DNA of 64,000 nt. Source: Planctomycetota bacterium (GTDB taxonomy: Bacteria > Planctomycetota > Planctomycetia > Pirellulales > UBA1268). Below are positions 63,842 to 64,000 of this stretch, one piece after another (positions within the stretch are counted from its first letter, which is position 1; each line of letters starts with the position of its first letter). The translations under genes were made by a program, and so were the position numbers. The stretch covers positions 3,382 through 67,381 of the forward strand of contig VGZO01000004.1 in NCBI GenBank assembly GCA_016872555.1, given 5' to 3'. Below the pieces are notes generated by a model that worked only from the letters and a program-made list of their open reading frames with translations, did not search any database and was not told the DNA's origin.

Positions 63842-64000
63842 GGGGCTGGTCCGTGCGCGGGCCGTCGGGTTCGTGCGGAAAGCGACGATCCCGCCCGTGC
63901 CCCACGCCGCCCGGCAGGTCGTCGTCGGTAGACTACCAGCCCCGGCGAGGTTCGCTCCACGGGCCGTTGATCGGCGCCGACGCGGGCCGGGTGAGGGTCG

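Overview
Very GC-rich bacterial chromosome segment. It is probably Planctomycetota, judged from memory by the co-occurrence of DUF1559 prepilin-like, DUF1549/DUF1553, DUF1501 and PVC-type heme-binding dehydrogenase proteins; no search was run. I support about 40 protein genes. I see no rRNA, tRNA, CRISPR array, transposase or integrase. Much of the content concerns sulfated glycan or glycosaminoglycan breakdown: four translationally coupled S1 sulfatases (one iduronate-2-sulfatase-like, one N-sulfoglucosamine sulfohydrolase-like), a NanM-like Kelch mutarotase, UxuA, a DUF3472-type protein, a 1650-aa GH20 fusion protein, an HGSNAT-like membrane acetyltransferase and a sodium:solute symporter. 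Other content: an Aas-like acyltransferase-ACP-ligase with alcohol and aldehyde dehydrogenases; an ABC ATPase with a permease::M1-peptidase fusion; a thioredoxin-cytochrome c-copper monooxygenase-like fusion; an MsbA-type exporter; an AbiEii toxin-antitoxin pair; a chemoreceptor; and a tight five-gene operon (P450, FGase-like, PVC dehydrogenase/cytochrome c, isochorismatase-like, CE4 deacetylase). Three signals stand out that ordinary annotation would not explain. (1) A structured element of about 125 nt is present twice in mirror orientation, as the 5' leader of both divergent glycan units at 25.39-26.04 kb. It has a 12-bp stem showing a compensatory base-pair change between the copies. (2) A stand-alone, divergent GyrB C-terminal half (Toprim plus tail, metal-binding acidic residues kept) lies directly behind the NanM-like gene. 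(3) One sulfatase carries a non-canonical CSSSR maturation motif. The six-frame track prints M for GTG and TTG starts, and many long ORFs are antisense artefacts of the high GC content. Starts were re-chosen from signal peptides, Shine-Dalgarno-like motifs and ATGA/GTGA overlaps and remain provisional. All family assignments are motif recognition by eye.
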